Shown: in pieces, positions 46,879-57,001 of the stretch
Position numbering within the stretch: position 1 is the stretch's first letter
How the letters are laid out: each line of letters opens with the position of its first letter
From: a virus
Lineage: Duplodnaviria; Caudoviricetes
IMG/VR virus record: IMGVR_UViG_3300030372_004273
Span: 1 to 62,355 of that record
Reading direction: 5' to 3' (one strand)
DNA length: 62,355 nucleotides
Notes under the pieces: model-generated
What the model was told of the DNA's origin: nothing
Database searches by the model: none
What the model saw: only the letters and a program-made list of their open reading frames with translations
Made by a program: the position numbers and the translations under genes

Positions 46879-48027
46879 CTATATCGCATATCTAATCACC
46901 ACTATTCCAGAACCTCCATCTTCTCCACTAGTATTATTACCAGAAGAAGTGGAAACTCCTCCTGCACCATTTCCAGTATTTGGACTTCCAGCGATACCAA
47001 GTATATTATCACCTCCTTGTCCTACACCACCAGTAGAATAAGTTACATTACTTCCAGTTCTAAAATTATTTGCTCTTCCTGCTCCACCTGTTACTGTCCC
47101 ACCATTTGCAGTAGCTCCTGCACCTCCTGCACCACCACCAGAGCCACTACCCCCACTCGGGTAAGAACCTCCATTACCACCTACATTTCCGTATCCAGTT
47201 ACATTGGTAGTTCCAGAATAAGTATCTTGTGTTGTACCTCCACCACTTTCACCATCTTCTGAACCTCCTGCTCCAGAGCCTCCATTTCTTATACCACCTT
47301 CGTAATCTCCACCTCCTGCACCACCAGTAGCAGTAAAACCATTAAATGAACTATCGCCACCGTCAGAAGCACCAACAGAAACATTAGTAGATTTAGCACC
47401 TCCTGCACCTACTACTACTGTATAATTTCCTGCAGATAAAGATTGTGAAGTACCTTCAACTAAACCTCCTGCTCCACCTCCACCAGTTGAACCTTGATGA
47501 CCTTCAGCACCTGCTGATCCTCCACCTCCTGCAACAATTAAAAAATCAACAGTTACTGCAGAAGAAACAGAAAATTTATGCTCACCAGATGTTAAAAAAG
47601 AATGAACTCTATAATTAGTTGAACCAGATTTATACTCAGTAATTTCACCACCGTTTGAAATAACAAAATTTGTAGATGAAATACCCCCAGTTACAGTTCC
47701 AGTAATAGTTTGATTGCCAGTAAATGAGTTATTTCCATCTAATCTAGGAGCTCCAGTATCTGTTCCATGTTGTTGGGCTAATCCTCTAAATATAAAATAA
47801 ACTGTTCCAGTACCTGAGGGAGTAGTTTCAGTAAAAGTTAAACTTACTCCATCAGAAGCAACACTATAAGCTACGGTAGGCTCTTGTTGGACATTATTTA
47901 CAAATACCTCAAGTTCTTCTGCACTATTAACTCTAGTATCTAATGTATAAGTGGCTGACCCACCATTTTCAACTTGTGAAGTAGGAGCTGAAAAAGAGCC
48001 AACTGCAGGAGCTCCAATAATAGACAT
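46879..48027 (-). CDS. Glycine-rich tail / virion protein
   Basis: VFVNNVQQEP; IVAGGGG...GGGGAGG; GGSGIVVIRY end. Confidence 0.75.
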   Translation of the reverse strand: MSIIGAPAVGSFSAPTSQVENGGSATYTLDTRVNSAEELEVFVNNVQQEPTVAYSVASDGVSLTFTETTPSGTGTVYFIFRGLAQQHGTDTGAPRLDGNNSFTGNQTITGTVTGGISSTNFVISNGGEITEYKSGSTNYRVHSFLTSGEHKFSVSSAVTVDFLIVAGGGGSAGAEGHQGSTGGGGAGGLVEGTSQSLSAGNYTVVVGAGGAKSTNVSVGASDGGDSSFNGFTATGGAGGGDYEGGIRNGGSGAGGSEDGESGGGTTQDTYSGTTNVTGYGNVGGNGGSYPSGGSGSGGGAGGAGATANGGTVTGGAGRANNFRTGSNVTYSTGGVGQGGDNILGIAGSPNTGNGAGGVSTSSGNNTSGEDGGSGIVVIRYAI

Positions 48028-48368
48028 TAACTAATCTCCAAATAACTAACTATGGCATCAGAAGCACTTGCTTGACTTGCCCTTATTCTTAATTTATCTC
48101 CTGTTTCTAACACAACTTTTTGATCACCACCGACAGGAACTTGACCACCACCTACTGGAACGGGAGCATCTTTTAAAATAAATACTGTAGAACTTGCACT
48201 TACGTCTTCATACGCAACATCAATTGTTATACCACTTGATATTTTGTTAGAAATAGTTAAACCTATAATCACAGTACTGTTTGCTCCAGTGTGAACAACT
48301 GCGTCTCCGTGAGTAATTGCATTGTTTGTTACGTTTGATTTTATAGCCTTTTTAAATGTATTTGCCAT
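48027..48368 (-). CDS. Virion structural protein
   Basis: MANTFK...KVVLETGD...SYLEIS pattern. Confidence 0.7.
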   Translation of the reverse strand: MANTFKKAIKSNVTNNAITHGDAVVHTGANSTVIIGLTISNKISSGITIDVAYEDVSASSTVFILKDAPVPVGGGQVPVGGDQKVVLETGDKLRIRASQASASDAIVSYLEIS

Positions 48369-48372
48369 TGTG

Positions 48373-48771
48373 TTATCCTAACGCTATTGCCATTGCTACA
48401 CCAGTTCCTGCAGGATCAAAATGAGTTGCTCCTGCTGTGGCTAAATTATCTGTATGAATTATTTTGCTAGCAGGAAGAGTACAAAATACAGTTTTAGTTC
48501 CTGCCCCCCAATCAACAAGTTGGTTAGTTGTATTGTTCGGAACATCTTTTGCATCTAAAACAGTAGTCCTAGCTAATAAAGTACCAGAAAGAGTATATGT
48601 CCCCACTCCCACTTCAAAACTTGTGCCGTCTGTACATGAGTAAAAAGTTGTATTACCATCACCAACTATTGAAAAAGGTTCAAAACCAGTTAACGCTCCT
48701 GCTAAATTAAATGTTCCAGTTCCCGTTGTAGTAGTCGTTTCTTTTATTCTATCTGATAATACAAGTGCCAT
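48373..48771 (-). CDS. Virion structural protein
   Basis: DRIKETTTTTGTG...FEVGVGT...VFCTLPASK...AMAIALG. Confidence 0.7.
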   Translation of the reverse strand: MALVLSDRIKETTTTTGTGTFNLAGALTGFEPFSIVGDGNTTFYSCTDGTSFEVGVGTYTLSGTLLARTTVLDAKDVPNNTTNQLVDWGAGTKTVFCTLPASKIIHTDNLATAGATHFDPAGTGVAMAIALG

Positions 48772-48772
48772 C

Positions 48773-49222
48773 TTAGTTCAACTGTATTGTTATATTTCCT
48801 GAATTAATTCTGAATATATCGCCACTAGCTATTGTTCTAGGTGAATCTAGTTGTCCTACAAAAAATATTCTATTAGAAGCACCACTTGTAGCAATAGTTC
48901 CAGTTCCATTAATTATAAAAACATGAGTAATTGTATTAGACCCACTTGTAGAAGCACTCCATTCAACATTGTTAGTATTTGAAACAATTTGTGCATCTGT
49001 GCTTACTGCAGGAAGCGTCCAGTTTGCATGAGCTACTTGTACTCTAGAATAATTTCCAAAGTTAGCTTCTGTAACAGTTCCTGCTTCTATACTAGAAACT
49101 GCTGTGGCTAATCCTATATAGATATTATTACCCATTGTTTGAAACGACTCACTATTGTTTTTAAACAAAAAATCAAGTATCGCATGCTCTAGATAAGTCG
49201 TCGCTGCATTTGATGTTGCCAT
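48773..49222 (-). CDS. Virion structural / tail protein
   Basis: TYLE..ILD, Y.RV, ITHV.I, I.SGDIFRI..G.I pattern. Confidence 0.7.
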   Translation of the reverse strand: MATSNAATTYLEHAILDFLFKNNSESFQTMGNNIYIGLATAVSSIEAGTVTEANFGNYSRVQVAHANWTLPAVSTDAQIVSNTNNVEWSASTSGSNTITHVFIINGTGTIATSGASNRIFFVGQLDSPRTIASGDIFRINSGNITIQLN

Positions 49223-49233
49223 CTTTTATCCTC

Positions 49234-50085
49234 CTAAGTTCTAGGTCTCTTTACAAGACCTTCTCTATAAGCGTCGCTATTCTCTCTAGCTTCACCTAAA
49301 TCTTTTAACCTCATTATTTCTTCTGAAAATCTTTTTTCATAAGCAGTCATTAAATCGGCTTCACCTTTCATATATGTATACGCTTCTATTAATGATCCGT
49401 AAAGCATTGCATTCATCGCATTTTTACTTAACCATGTAGTAGTTGAATCTAAATTTTGTGAAGATATAGTTGTAGTTGCCCCACTTCTAGCTCCAGTAAT
49501 AGTTTCACCAGTTGTAAAAGCATTTAATGGAGCTATTACATTCATTGAAGTGTTATTATCTTTTGAAAAAATAACTGTAGTAGAACCACTTGTTGATCCA
49601 GTAATTGTTTCATCTAATTGAAAACTTGCACTTGCAGGAACTGTAAAAAGAATAGTACTGTCTGCTAAACTTGTTGGTCTATAATAATAATGTAACTCTA
49701 TTGCATATGCAGAATCGGGTGTTGGGGCGACTATAAAATTATCTGTATCAAAACGACCATAATATTTAGGTGTGCCAGTTGTTCCTGCGTTTGGTCCGTA
49801 CTCTTGTAAAAAGTTTACATCTTTTTCCAATAAAAATGTTTTTACATTATTGTTAGTTAAAGACATACTAAAAGGTGCTAAAAAATCACTGGGTGTTGAA
49901 ACATATTCGTCGTTTTGAGTTAAGGCACTTGTAGCATTTTTTCTAAAATTTTCAAAATCAACCAACTTAAATATTCTGTTTTCTGTTGATCTTATAAAAT
50001 TTCTTAAATTATCATTAAATGTAGTTTCACTATTTTCTGTGTAATTTTGTATAGCCGATCTTAATGTGGTTAGAGTGTAACTCAT
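49234..50085 (-). CDS. Head-tail adaptor-like protein with inserted module
   Basis: L...IQNYTEN, TGTPKYY, APTPD..Y..ELHYYYRP, LYGSLIEAY.YMKG. Confidence 0.7.
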   Translation of the reverse strand: MSYTLTTLRSAIQNYTENSETTFNDNLRNFIRSTENRIFKLVDFENFRKNATSALTQNDEYVSTPSDFLAPFSMSLTNNNVKTFLLEKDVNFLQEYGPNAGTTGTPKYYGRFDTDNFIVAPTPDSAYAIELHYYYRPTSLADSTILFTVPASASFQLDETITGSTSGSTTVIFSKDNNTSMNVIAPLNAFTTGETITGARSGATTTISSQNLDSTTTWLSKNAMNAMLYGSLIEAYTYMKGEADLMTAYEKRFSEEIMRLKDLGEARENSDAYREGLVKRPRT

Positions 50086-50610
50086 TTATTTCTCCAAAGT
50101 CACTGGTCCTGCTGTAGCTCCTGGTCCCCCACCTTTAGTAGAACCATTAGTTGCTGTAGCTGAAACAGTAACCCTATAATTGTCTGAATCGGTTGTACCA
50201 TCACTTAATGTTATCAATGATACATCATATCCAGTAGCACTTTGCATCACTGTAGCCGATATTCCGTCAAAAGGAAATACATTTCTAAATCTAACTTTAC
50301 TTCCTGCTGTACGACCATGACCTATTTCATTAACAGTGATTACAGTCGTTACTTGTCCTCCTGTACCAGTTTTAAAAGCATCAAAAGGTAAAAGACGAGC
50401 TACTTGTGGTTCTGTTCTATCTACTCTAGGTTGGTAAAGTGACTGAGGTTCAAAAGGAGGTTTTTCTGGCTGTAGTTGAGGTTGTTTTGATTCATACTCC
50501 GAAATGTGTACTACTGATCCATTCCATTCCGTAATGCGTTCCCTGTAAGGAAACTGCATGCCACTTCTATCGGATATAAATTTTGAACGTCTTCCAGAAG
50601 AAAATTTCAT
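50086..50610 (-). CDS. Conserved virion-module protein
   Basis: ISDRSGMQFPY...EWNG..VH.SEYE.KQPQL. Confidence 0.7.
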   Translation of the reverse strand: MKFSSGRRSKFISDRSGMQFPYRERITEWNGSVVHISEYESKQPQLQPEKPPFEPQSLYQPRVDRTEPQVARLLPFDAFKTGTGGQVTTVITVNEIGHGRTAGSKVRFRNVFPFDGISATVMQSATGYDVSLITLSDGTTDSDNYRVTVSATATNGSTKGGGPGATAGPVTLEK

Positions 50611-51512
50611 ACTAAATTATAATAAGTAGAACTTGGAGTTAAGGATAAAGTTGACCTATCTCTATCTTCACTCGCGGCTCTCTCAAACTCCTCTTCATAA
50701 ATTGCTTTTAATAGTTGAACTCTATCAGGTGCTTTTTTAATTGCTAAATAATAAGCAAGTCCTGCAGACAAACATGGATAAAAACGAAAAGGCACTTCAG
50801 CAGTGTTAGCATAACCATCTGCATCATCTATTCTTACCATTCTATCATAAACTAACTGATAAGCTGTGCTTGAATCAGGAACTGACCACAATTTTATTAC
50901 TGGTGTGATTTGTCTGTCTACATAATATTGCGTTGGTCTAGCAGAATTTCGTTTACTGTTTAAAGATAAATAAGCATCTCTACTAATTCTAGAAATACTT
51001 ATATCTGATTGTGTTGAAGTTCCTGCATTTTGTCTAATAACAGCAGATAAAACATCTATACTAGCTTGTACATCTTCAAAACTAACTACACTAGATACAG
51101 TTGTAGTTGCTCCACTTGTCCCACCAGTAATCGTTTCAGCAACAGAAAACGTTCCTACTGGAACGGTAATGGCTAAAGAAGTTGCACTCGGTTTACTCGT
51201 AACACTAGCCGTAGCAGTACTTGTACCTCCAGTAATCGTTTCAGCAACGGAAAAATTTGCAGAGTTTGCAACACTTATTGTTAATGTTCCCAAGGGATAA
51301 ATATCAACACCATTGGCTAAACTTATTGTTTCTTGCTTCATTGTCCAACGATTCAACCCTCTGTTAGCCCAATCAGCAAATAATAAATTTAAAGAACGTT
51401 TGGCTGTTTTTAAGTCATATCCAGTTCTTACTTGTAAACCACAACGCTCAAAAGCTTCTTCTACATATTCGTCTACAGCTAAATCGAAATCTTTTGAGCC
51501 TGAAGTTGCCAT
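50607..51512 (-). CDS. Head-tail connector-like protein with inserted module
   Basis: EEAFERCG...GYDLKTAKRSLN...WANRGLN.W; PFRFYPCL.AGLAYYL; YEEEFERA..ED. Confidence 0.72.
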   Translation of the reverse strand: MATSGSKDFDLAVDEYVEEAFERCGLQVRTGYDLKTAKRSLNLLFADWANRGLNRWTMKQETISLANGVDIYPLGTLTISVANSANFSVAETITGGTSTATASVTSKPSATSLAITVPVGTFSVAETITGGTSGATTTVSSVVSFEDVQASIDVLSAVIRQNAGTSTQSDISISRISRDAYLSLNSKRNSARPTQYYVDRQITPVIKLWSVPDSSTAYQLVYDRMVRIDDADGYANTAEVPFRFYPCLSAGLAYYLAIKKAPDRVQLLKAIYEEEFERAASEDRDRSTLSLTPSSTYYNLV

Positions 51513-52187
51513 TTACTCCTCGTTATATATATTATCAAAAATCTTATTTACATCTAGTGTATAGTCTAAATCAGATTTTGAATAGTGTATATGTTGTGAT
51601 GGTAAAAAATCTGGAGCACCTTTTCCTGTTTCAAACCATGCAGGATGTGTAACACGAACTCTATTATTTGGCAAGGCTACAATATTTCCTGTCCACTTTC
51701 CTGCATCAACTAAATACATAACATGATTTTGTTTGTGTTGTGCAGGATCATCAGCTATTTCACTTTCTGTATAGTCTACAGTAAATAAATATTTAGCAGG
51801 GAAAAACTCCCCATCTATTTTAGCTATCCAAGGACATGGTGTCGCTCTATCTAAAGTATAAACAGCGTGTGTATGAGAAGCACAATCCCAAGGTTGAGCT
51901 TCGTGAACAGCCATCGGTTCAGCCCATTTTTCAACAGCAATGTCAGCAACCATAGCTGTTATAGGCATTCTAGCCCACATAGCTCCACCGTGTACGTTGG
52001 GATTTTTAGTACCATCTGTTTCACAACCAGTAAAGATAACTTGGAAACTTAAACATCTATTCGGTATAGTTGTTACAGCTATTGCCATAGCGTGTAAAAA
52101 CTCACCATGATACTTTTGATGATTACAAGTATATTCCCTTCTTACCCAACATTTAAAATGAGGAATATTACTTTGTAGATAAGGCAC
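51513..52187 (-). CDS. Conserved hypothetical phage protein
   Basis: GGAMWARMPI, QPWDC, YLFTVDY, ALPNNR; GTG start. Confidence 0.8.
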   Translation of the reverse strand: MPYLQSNIPHFKCWVRREYTCNHQKYHGEFLHAMAIAVTTIPNRCLSFQVIFTGCETDGTKNPNVHGGAMWARMPITAMVADIAVEKWAEPMAVHEAQPWDCASHTHAVYTLDRATPCPWIAKIDGEFFPAKYLFTVDYTESEIADDPAQHKQNHVMYLVDAGKWTGNIVALPNNRVRVTHPAWFETGKGAPDFLPSQHIHYSKSDLDYTLDVNKIFDNIYNEE

Positions 52188-52345
52188 TACTTCTTTTTCT
52201 TTTTAGACCTTAACATCTTCATTTTTTGAGCCATAGTCATTTTTTTGGCTGTTGGCTTTTTCTTCTTTTTCATCAAGCCACCTTTAGCCATACCTTTTTT
52301 CTTCATCAAACCACCTTTAGCGTAGCCTTTTTTCTTTTTCATCAT
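52187..52345 (-). CDS. 52-aa Lys/Met-rich basic protein (absent from the ORF track)
   Basis: MMKKKKGYAKGGLMKKKGMAKGGLMKKKKKPTAKKMTMAQKMKMLRSKKKKK; AAGGAG RBS; exactly fills the gap. Confidence 0.8.
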   Translation of the reverse strand: MMKKKKGYAKGGLMKKKGMAKGGLMKKKKKPTAKKMTMAQKMKMLRSKKKKK

Positions 52346-52361
52346 AAGATTTTCTCCTTTA

Positions 52362-52550
52362 TTATGATATTAATGTAAACACTAAACCAAATAATTGAGC
52401 AATAACTAAAATAACAATTACCCAAATTTTTTGGTTCAAACCTTTTATATCTTCTCTTAAATGGACTAAATGATTAGTCTCAATAATATCTAGCCTTTGG
52501 GCTATAAGTCTTATATCGCTTTCCAGACTAGATATTTTTCTTGCAGACAT
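52362..52550 (-). CDS. Small membrane protein (coiled coil plus one TM helix)
   Basis: TNHL.HL motif; C-terminal hydrophobic helix. Confidence 0.7.
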   Translation of the reverse strand: MSARKISSLESDIRLIAQRLDIIETNHLVHLREDIKGLNQKIWVIVILVIAQLFGLVFTLIS

Positions 52551-52831
52551 TATGATAGCAATATTGTTAATTCGTTACTACTACCAGTAAAAGCACTAAC
52601 ATACACCCCTTCAGTGGCTAGTATGCCATCATCAGGAATGTATACGTCAGAGTCTCCTGCCTTAAATTTTTGAGTTAAAATTACTTCGCCAGAGTTGCTT
52701 CCGTTTTTAAATGTAAAAGCTCCATCTGCATTTCCGTAAATTCTAACTCCTCTTAGCCTAGAACGAGAAGGACCAACTATTCCTGCACTCGTTCCTTGAG
52801 CCCAATTATACGCTCTAATTGGTCCTGCCAT
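52550..52831 (-). CDS. Virion-associated protein
   Basis: YIPDDGILATEGVYV motif. Confidence 0.7.
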   Translation of the reverse strand: MAGPIRAYNWAQGTSAGIVGPSRSRLRGVRIYGNADGAFTFKNGSNSGEVILTQKFKAGDSDVYIPDDGILATEGVYVSAFTGSSNELTILLS

Positions 52832-52843
52832 TATTGACTCCTA

Positions 52844-53305
52844 TTAAGCTAGGTTATTGTTTTGTTGATATAAGACTGTGATTCTAACTTCTCCTGCGTT
52901 AGTTCCTGCTGAATTAGTTACATTCATTCTTACATCAGTTGTTCCAACATCTTCCCAAGCTAAAGCTCCCCCTGATTTTGTAGTTGGATATTGTCTTCCT
53001 GCAGTTGTTCCGATTGTATGTGCGTTTACAAATGCAGTTGCACTTCCACCTACTTTACCAAGACTGATATTAGTTGATGTGTTCGCGGCAGTGATGACGT
53101 CAAATACGCAATCTATTATTTGAGAGTTCGCTGGAATGATCATATCAGTTGCTTGAGCCGCGATAGCACCACCTGATAAATCAATAGCAGTAGTCTGTGC
53201 CATTACAACCTGACCTGTGTTTTTCATGTCAGAGCCGACTGTAGTTCCAGTAGTTTCTTTGATAGTTCCTGCTTTAATAGGACCTGAAAAAGTTGTAGTA
53301 CCCAT
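52844..53305 (-). CDS. Putative capsid decoration protein
   Basis: MGTTTFSGPIKAG, IPANSQIID; follows the major capsid gene. Confidence 0.65.
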   Translation of the reverse strand: MGTTTFSGPIKAGTIKETTGTTVGSDMKNTGQVVMAQTTAIDLSGGAIAAQATDMIIPANSQIIDCVFDVITAANTSTNISLGKVGGSATAFVNAHTIGTTAGRQYPTTKSGGALAWEDVGTTDVRMNVTNSAGTNAGEVRITVLYQQNNNLA

Positions 53306-53372
53306 AATACCTCCTTGTCTGGGTTTAGTCTATCACATTATGCAATAGTCAAGAATACTTATGTTGTACTAT

Positions 53373-53412
53373 AAAAAAAGGGAGGCGACAAGCGTCACCT
53401 CCCAATTTTTTC
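53373..53412 (-). terminator. Terminator after the major capsid gene
   Basis: GGGAGG.GAC/GTC.CCTCCC stem flanked by A and T runs. Confidence 0.75.
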
Positions 53413-53433
53413 TCCATCGGGTTAAAGAAAAAA

Positions 53434-54342
53434 TTATGCTCCTGGAGAACCAAACACACATCGTGGGTCTGATACGCCAAAAGAATATCTTTCTCTAGCT
53501 TTATATCTGACGTTGCCAGTTTCAAAATCACCTTCCATAGATGTTTTGACTGAAGCTCTTTCAAAATGTTTAAAGCCATTTGGAGCATCGGTTTTGATGA
53601 AAAACGCATCTGGGTCGTTAAGGAAATGGTTTACAACATATCCCTCAGGTAACATACCCATGTTTTTCATTGCGTTAATATCATTGTCTGCTGTTGCAGA
53701 TCTTAGAGTAGATTCTAAAATTCTGTCAGCAACAAACTGTAATTGTGGTGGGATAATTAATTTCCTACCTTGTAACGCAATTTTTAAACCACGCTCGTCA
53801 ATGAAAGCTGAAATATCAATTAAAGCAGTTTCCAAAGAAGTTTCATTTAAATCAGCAGATGTTGCTAATTCATTTGAAAAGTTACCTCCACCTACTGTTG
53901 GGTGGTCTGTAGCACAAAGCTCTTTACCATCACCATAAGTAACAGTATTGCTGAAAGCATTATTTAAAATACTCGCGGCTTTGACTTGCTTTGTGTTAGA
54001 CATGGAACGAGCTAGAGCTTTTGTATAACGACTTGAAAGTCTATCGTAGAGATTATCTTCAATAGCTTCTTCTGTTATAGCAAATGCTAAAGCAACAGTT
54101 TCATGAGTATAACGAGCAGTATATGCTTCGTTAGCATCATCATAAGTTACAGACGCACCTTCACCTTTGGTTGGGGCTTGTCCAAAACCTGACAACATCA
54201 CTTCTTCCTCAAACGCTCTGTCTGAAGATTCAGTATCAAATATTTCAGCATGTTCGTTATCATAACGATCATACTCAAGACCAAACAATGCGTTTAGTCC
54301 TGGCTCCAGTTCTTTCAGGAGTTGACTTCTACTTATTGCCAT
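53434..54342 (-). CDS. Major capsid protein
   Basis: MAISRSQLLKELEPGLNALFGLEY...TEEAIEDNLY...YKARERYSFG.SDPR; strong terminator downstream. Confidence 0.88.
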   Translation of the reverse strand: MAISRSQLLKELEPGLNALFGLEYDRYDNEHAEIFDTESSDRAFEEEVMLSGFGQAPTKGEGASVTYDDANEAYTARYTHETVALAFAITEEAIEDNLYDRLSSRYTKALARSMSNTKQVKAASILNNAFSNTVTYGDGKELCATDHPTVGGGNFSNELATSADLNETSLETALIDISAFIDERGLKIALQGRKLIIPPQLQFVADRILESTLRSATADNDINAMKNMGMLPEGYVVNHFLNDPDAFFIKTDAPNGFKHFERASVKTSMEGDFETGNVRYKARERYSFGVSDPRCVFGSPGA

Positions 54343-54353
54343 TATCTATTCTC

Positions 54354-54971
54354 CTATATTCCTGCACCAGTACCGTTAGCATTGTAACGATAAAAGTGAT
54401 TGTTTAACATTACGATCGCTAACATTCCTGCAGACGCAGTATCTGAGTTTGAAGGTGTATCTTCTAAACCAACAATTCTCAAATTCAACGTATTAGTGCT
54501 GTTTAACGTTCCCTGAGCTAATTCACCAAGTGATAAACCAGTAGTATCATTACCAGTTAGGCAAGTTGCAAAATTAGCGTTCCTAAATACATCAGCTTGT
54601 GTTACTCCTGCATTACAATTGATCAAAAATAATTGATCAGGATGATCTGCAACAAGTGCTGTCACTTCTGTACTTGATTTTACTGACGCAGTTCCAGGAT
54701 ACTTATTTGTAAAAACAGTATTTCCTAGTAAGTCAGTATAGTTACAGCCTATAAAGGCTCCAAGAATTGGAACAGTACCACCATTAGCATTTCCACAATA
54801 AGAAATCAAACCATTTGCAAGAGGAATAACTGGCTGACCTTGATAGATCGCATTCGCTACTCCTTGTGTGCCTGTAGTTTGAATTTTATATGTTGACATA
54901 CCACTAGTATTGGCTCCTGAACCAAGCATTTTATATGGTCTAAGACCAAAACTGGCATCAATATTTGCCAT
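54354..54971 (-). CDS. Minor capsid / cement-like protein
   Basis: MAN.DA.FGLRP start; immediately upstream of the capsid gene. Confidence 0.65.
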   Translation of the reverse strand: MANIDASFGLRPYKMLGSGANTSGMSTYKIQTTGTQGVANAIYQGQPVIPLANGLISYCGNANGGTVPILGAFIGCNYTDLLGNTVFTNKYPGTASVKSSTEVTALVADHPDQLFLINCNAGVTQADVFRNANFATCLTGNDTTGLSLGELAQGTLNSTNTLNLRIVGLEDTPSNSDTASAGMLAIVMLNNHFYRYNANGTGAGI

Positions 54972-54986
54972 ACTTAATTCTCCTAA

Positions 54987-55445
54987 TTAGTTACTGGGAG
55001 CTTTGCCCCCAAAGGTTACACGAGATTGCCTTTCAGGTTTACTGATCGGCATACTAGGGTGCTCTTCTCTCATCATATCATTATCAACTGCAAGTTGCTG
55101 ATCTTCAGTTCTTCGTTGAAAATAAGCAGTTCGCTCTTGTTGAGTTTCAATGGGAAAGCGAGCTAAGAGTAATCCTCCAACTCCAATAACTCCTGCATGT
55201 TTTCCATCTTGGACAGTAGGAGCTTCAAAATCAGGGTACTCATCAGCACGAACTAAATCAAAGCCTTCGCGTAGGCGAGCAGAGAGGTTCTTTTTATCAT
55301 CGCGACCCATTATAGATTCACGAATCCATCTATGAACATAGCCTTCTGGGGCTTGTGGAGCGTCTAACGTAGACGGTGGCTTCCAAGGTTTTCTACGACC
55401 TTGTTGTTCCCTTGTTTGGGAAGTGCGTGGGGTTTTATCTACCAT
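54987..55445 (-). CDS. Conserved head-module protein
   Basis: W.PPS.LDAP.APEGY.HRWIR...REG..LVRADEYP...IGVGGLLLAR. Confidence 0.75.
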   Translation of the reverse strand: MVDKTPRTSQTREQQGRRKPWKPPSTLDAPQAPEGYVHRWIRESIMGRDDKKNLSARLREGFDLVRADEYPDFEAPTVQDGKHAGVIGVGGLLLARFPIETQQERTAYFQRRTEDQQLAVDNDMMREEHPSMPISKPERQSRVTFGGKAPSN

Positions 55446-55464
55446 AAAATATCCTTCACGTTGA

Positions 55465-56376
55465 TTATCTGTCTTTATTCATTAATGCGACTTGTTGTGC
55501 ATACTGCTTTGGTGATACACCAAGTTTCTTCGCTATTGCAAGCTCTGATTGAGATAATTTGATAGTTTTTCTATTTGCCGTAGCATTTTTATTACTACCA
55601 GACATCACAGTCGGTCTTGTAGGGGTTTTAGGCTTTTCTTCAAATTTATGAGGAAATTGAGTTCTCATTCTTGAATCAAGCTCTTCATAATATTGGTCGC
55701 TAGTAGTGTCATATCCTTCTTGCTCGACCAATGTTTTATGAATACTAAACGCAGTTAAGGTCATAGGTTCATCTTGACCAAACCATGTATTTCTGCTCGC
55801 CCAAGCTGTAGCTTTTGGATCAGGAGGTGCTTTTTGTTGAGCTTGGGGTGTTGTTTGTTCCTGTTTTGGCTCTTCTTTAGATTTTTCTTCCTGTTGCTGT
55901 TTTACATAAGATAATCTTTCATTATCGTGAGCAACTTTAGCTAATTGTTTTTGTGCTTCTACTTGAGCATCTACATCACCTGAGTCTATAGCTCTTTTTA
56001 ATTGATCTTTTAACAGTTGTTCTTGGGTTTTGACCCTTGTTTCAAACTCTGTCATATAAGAAGTATCTAAAGTAGTGCCTTTTTTCTCAGCTTCTGACAA
56101 TTTTGATTGTAAACCTTTTGCATAATCGATCGCGGCTTGCTCCCTACGTTCGGCTTCTCGCATTTTGGCTGTTAATTTATTAATTCTTTTTTGAACACCT
56201 TCGCTGTAGTCTTCAAGTTCGTCAGTTTTTTCTTTTGACTCAACTTTTTCTTCAGTTTCTGGTGGTTTTTCTGGTTTTTGTTCAGTTTCAGTAGATTCTT
56301 CCTCTACTTCAACATCTACAACCTCTTCATTTTCTGGTTTTTCTTCTTGAGTTTCAATTTTTTCTGCTTCTGGCAT
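55465..56376 (-). CDS. Capsid scaffolding protein
   Basis: Acidic N-terminus, coiled coils, C-terminal LSQSELAIAKKLGVSPKQYA helix pair. Confidence 0.78.
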   Translation of the reverse strand: MPEAEKIETQEEKPENEEVVDVEVEEESTETEQKPEKPPETEEKVESKEKTDELEDYSEGVQKRINKLTAKMREAERREQAAIDYAKGLQSKLSEAEKKGTTLDTSYMTEFETRVKTQEQLLKDQLKRAIDSGDVDAQVEAQKQLAKVAHDNERLSYVKQQQEEKSKEEPKQEQTTPQAQQKAPPDPKATAWASRNTWFGQDEPMTLTAFSIHKTLVEQEGYDTTSDQYYEELDSRMRTQFPHKFEEKPKTPTRPTVMSGSNKNATANRKTIKLSQSELAIAKKLGVSPKQYAQQVALMNKDR

Positions 56377-56388
56377 AACTTTTCTCCG

Positions 56389-56817
56389 TTATGAATGTAA
56401 AATGTCTTCAGGATTGTTTATTGTTGCTAAAATTTCGTCGTCGTTTAGCAATCTAACTTCTCCACCTTCTATTTTGAAACGACTTCCTGCGTATCGCCCA
56501 AAAATAACCCAGTCTTTTTCTTTGCACCACGCTCCTGTGTCTCCAAATTTAGAGTCATCTTTGTAAGCTAGTGGTCCAACTTTCAAAACATAACCACAAA
56601 CGGTCGCTAAAGCTTCACGATCAATATGTGCATCTGGTAAATATACGCCAGATTCAGTTTTAGCTTTACCTTTGTATGGCAAAATTAAAATTCGCCATCC
56701 AGTTGGTTGTGGTAATTTTTCCAAAGAAGGAGTTTCAGGTTTTGATGAGGGTGAATTTGTTTTTTCTTTAATGTAGCTCGGTAGTATTAGCTTCTTTTTC
56801 GTTGTCTTCATTATCAC
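56389..56817 (-). CDS. groES: GroES-like co-chaperonin
   Basis: PTGWRILI...TESGVYLP, VLKVGP, VIFGRYAG, LLNDDEILA. Confidence 0.88.
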   Translation of the reverse strand: MIMKTTKKKLILPSYIKEKTNSPSSKPETPSLEKLPQPTGWRILILPYKGKAKTESGVYLPDAHIDREALATVCGYVLKVGPLAYKDDSKFGDTGAWCKEKDWVIFGRYAGSRFKIEGGEVRLLNDDEILATINNPEDILHS

Positions 56818-57001
56818 TCACTTTATTTAGCAGGGATTTTAACTCCTGTTCTATTGTTGCAAGTTCTTGATACTTAGCTCTTAACTCTTTAAACATTGTG
56901 AAATCTTCTACAATGCCATGCATAAGTTGTTCTTGAACTTGATCTTTTCTATTCCTGATCAATTTAAGGGATTTTTCATAAATGTAAAGGTCTAAAGTCA
57001 T
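56768..57001 (-). CDS. Hypothetical coiled-coil protein
   Basis: 77 aa, operonic. Confidence 0.7.
   Translation of the reverse strand: MTLDLYIYEKSLKLIRNRKDQVQEQLMHGIVEDFTMFKELRAKYQELATIEQELKSLLNKVSDNEDNEKEANTTELH

Noticed and set aside
39667-48027. Diversity-generating retroelement or invertible tail-fibre cassette
   Set aside because: I saw no reverse transcriptase, invertase or template/variable repeat pair.
53349-53609. 86-aa ORF overlapping the capsid 3' end as a frameshift extension
   Set aside because: It runs through the terminator hairpin, I identified no slippery site, and the sequence is not protein-like.
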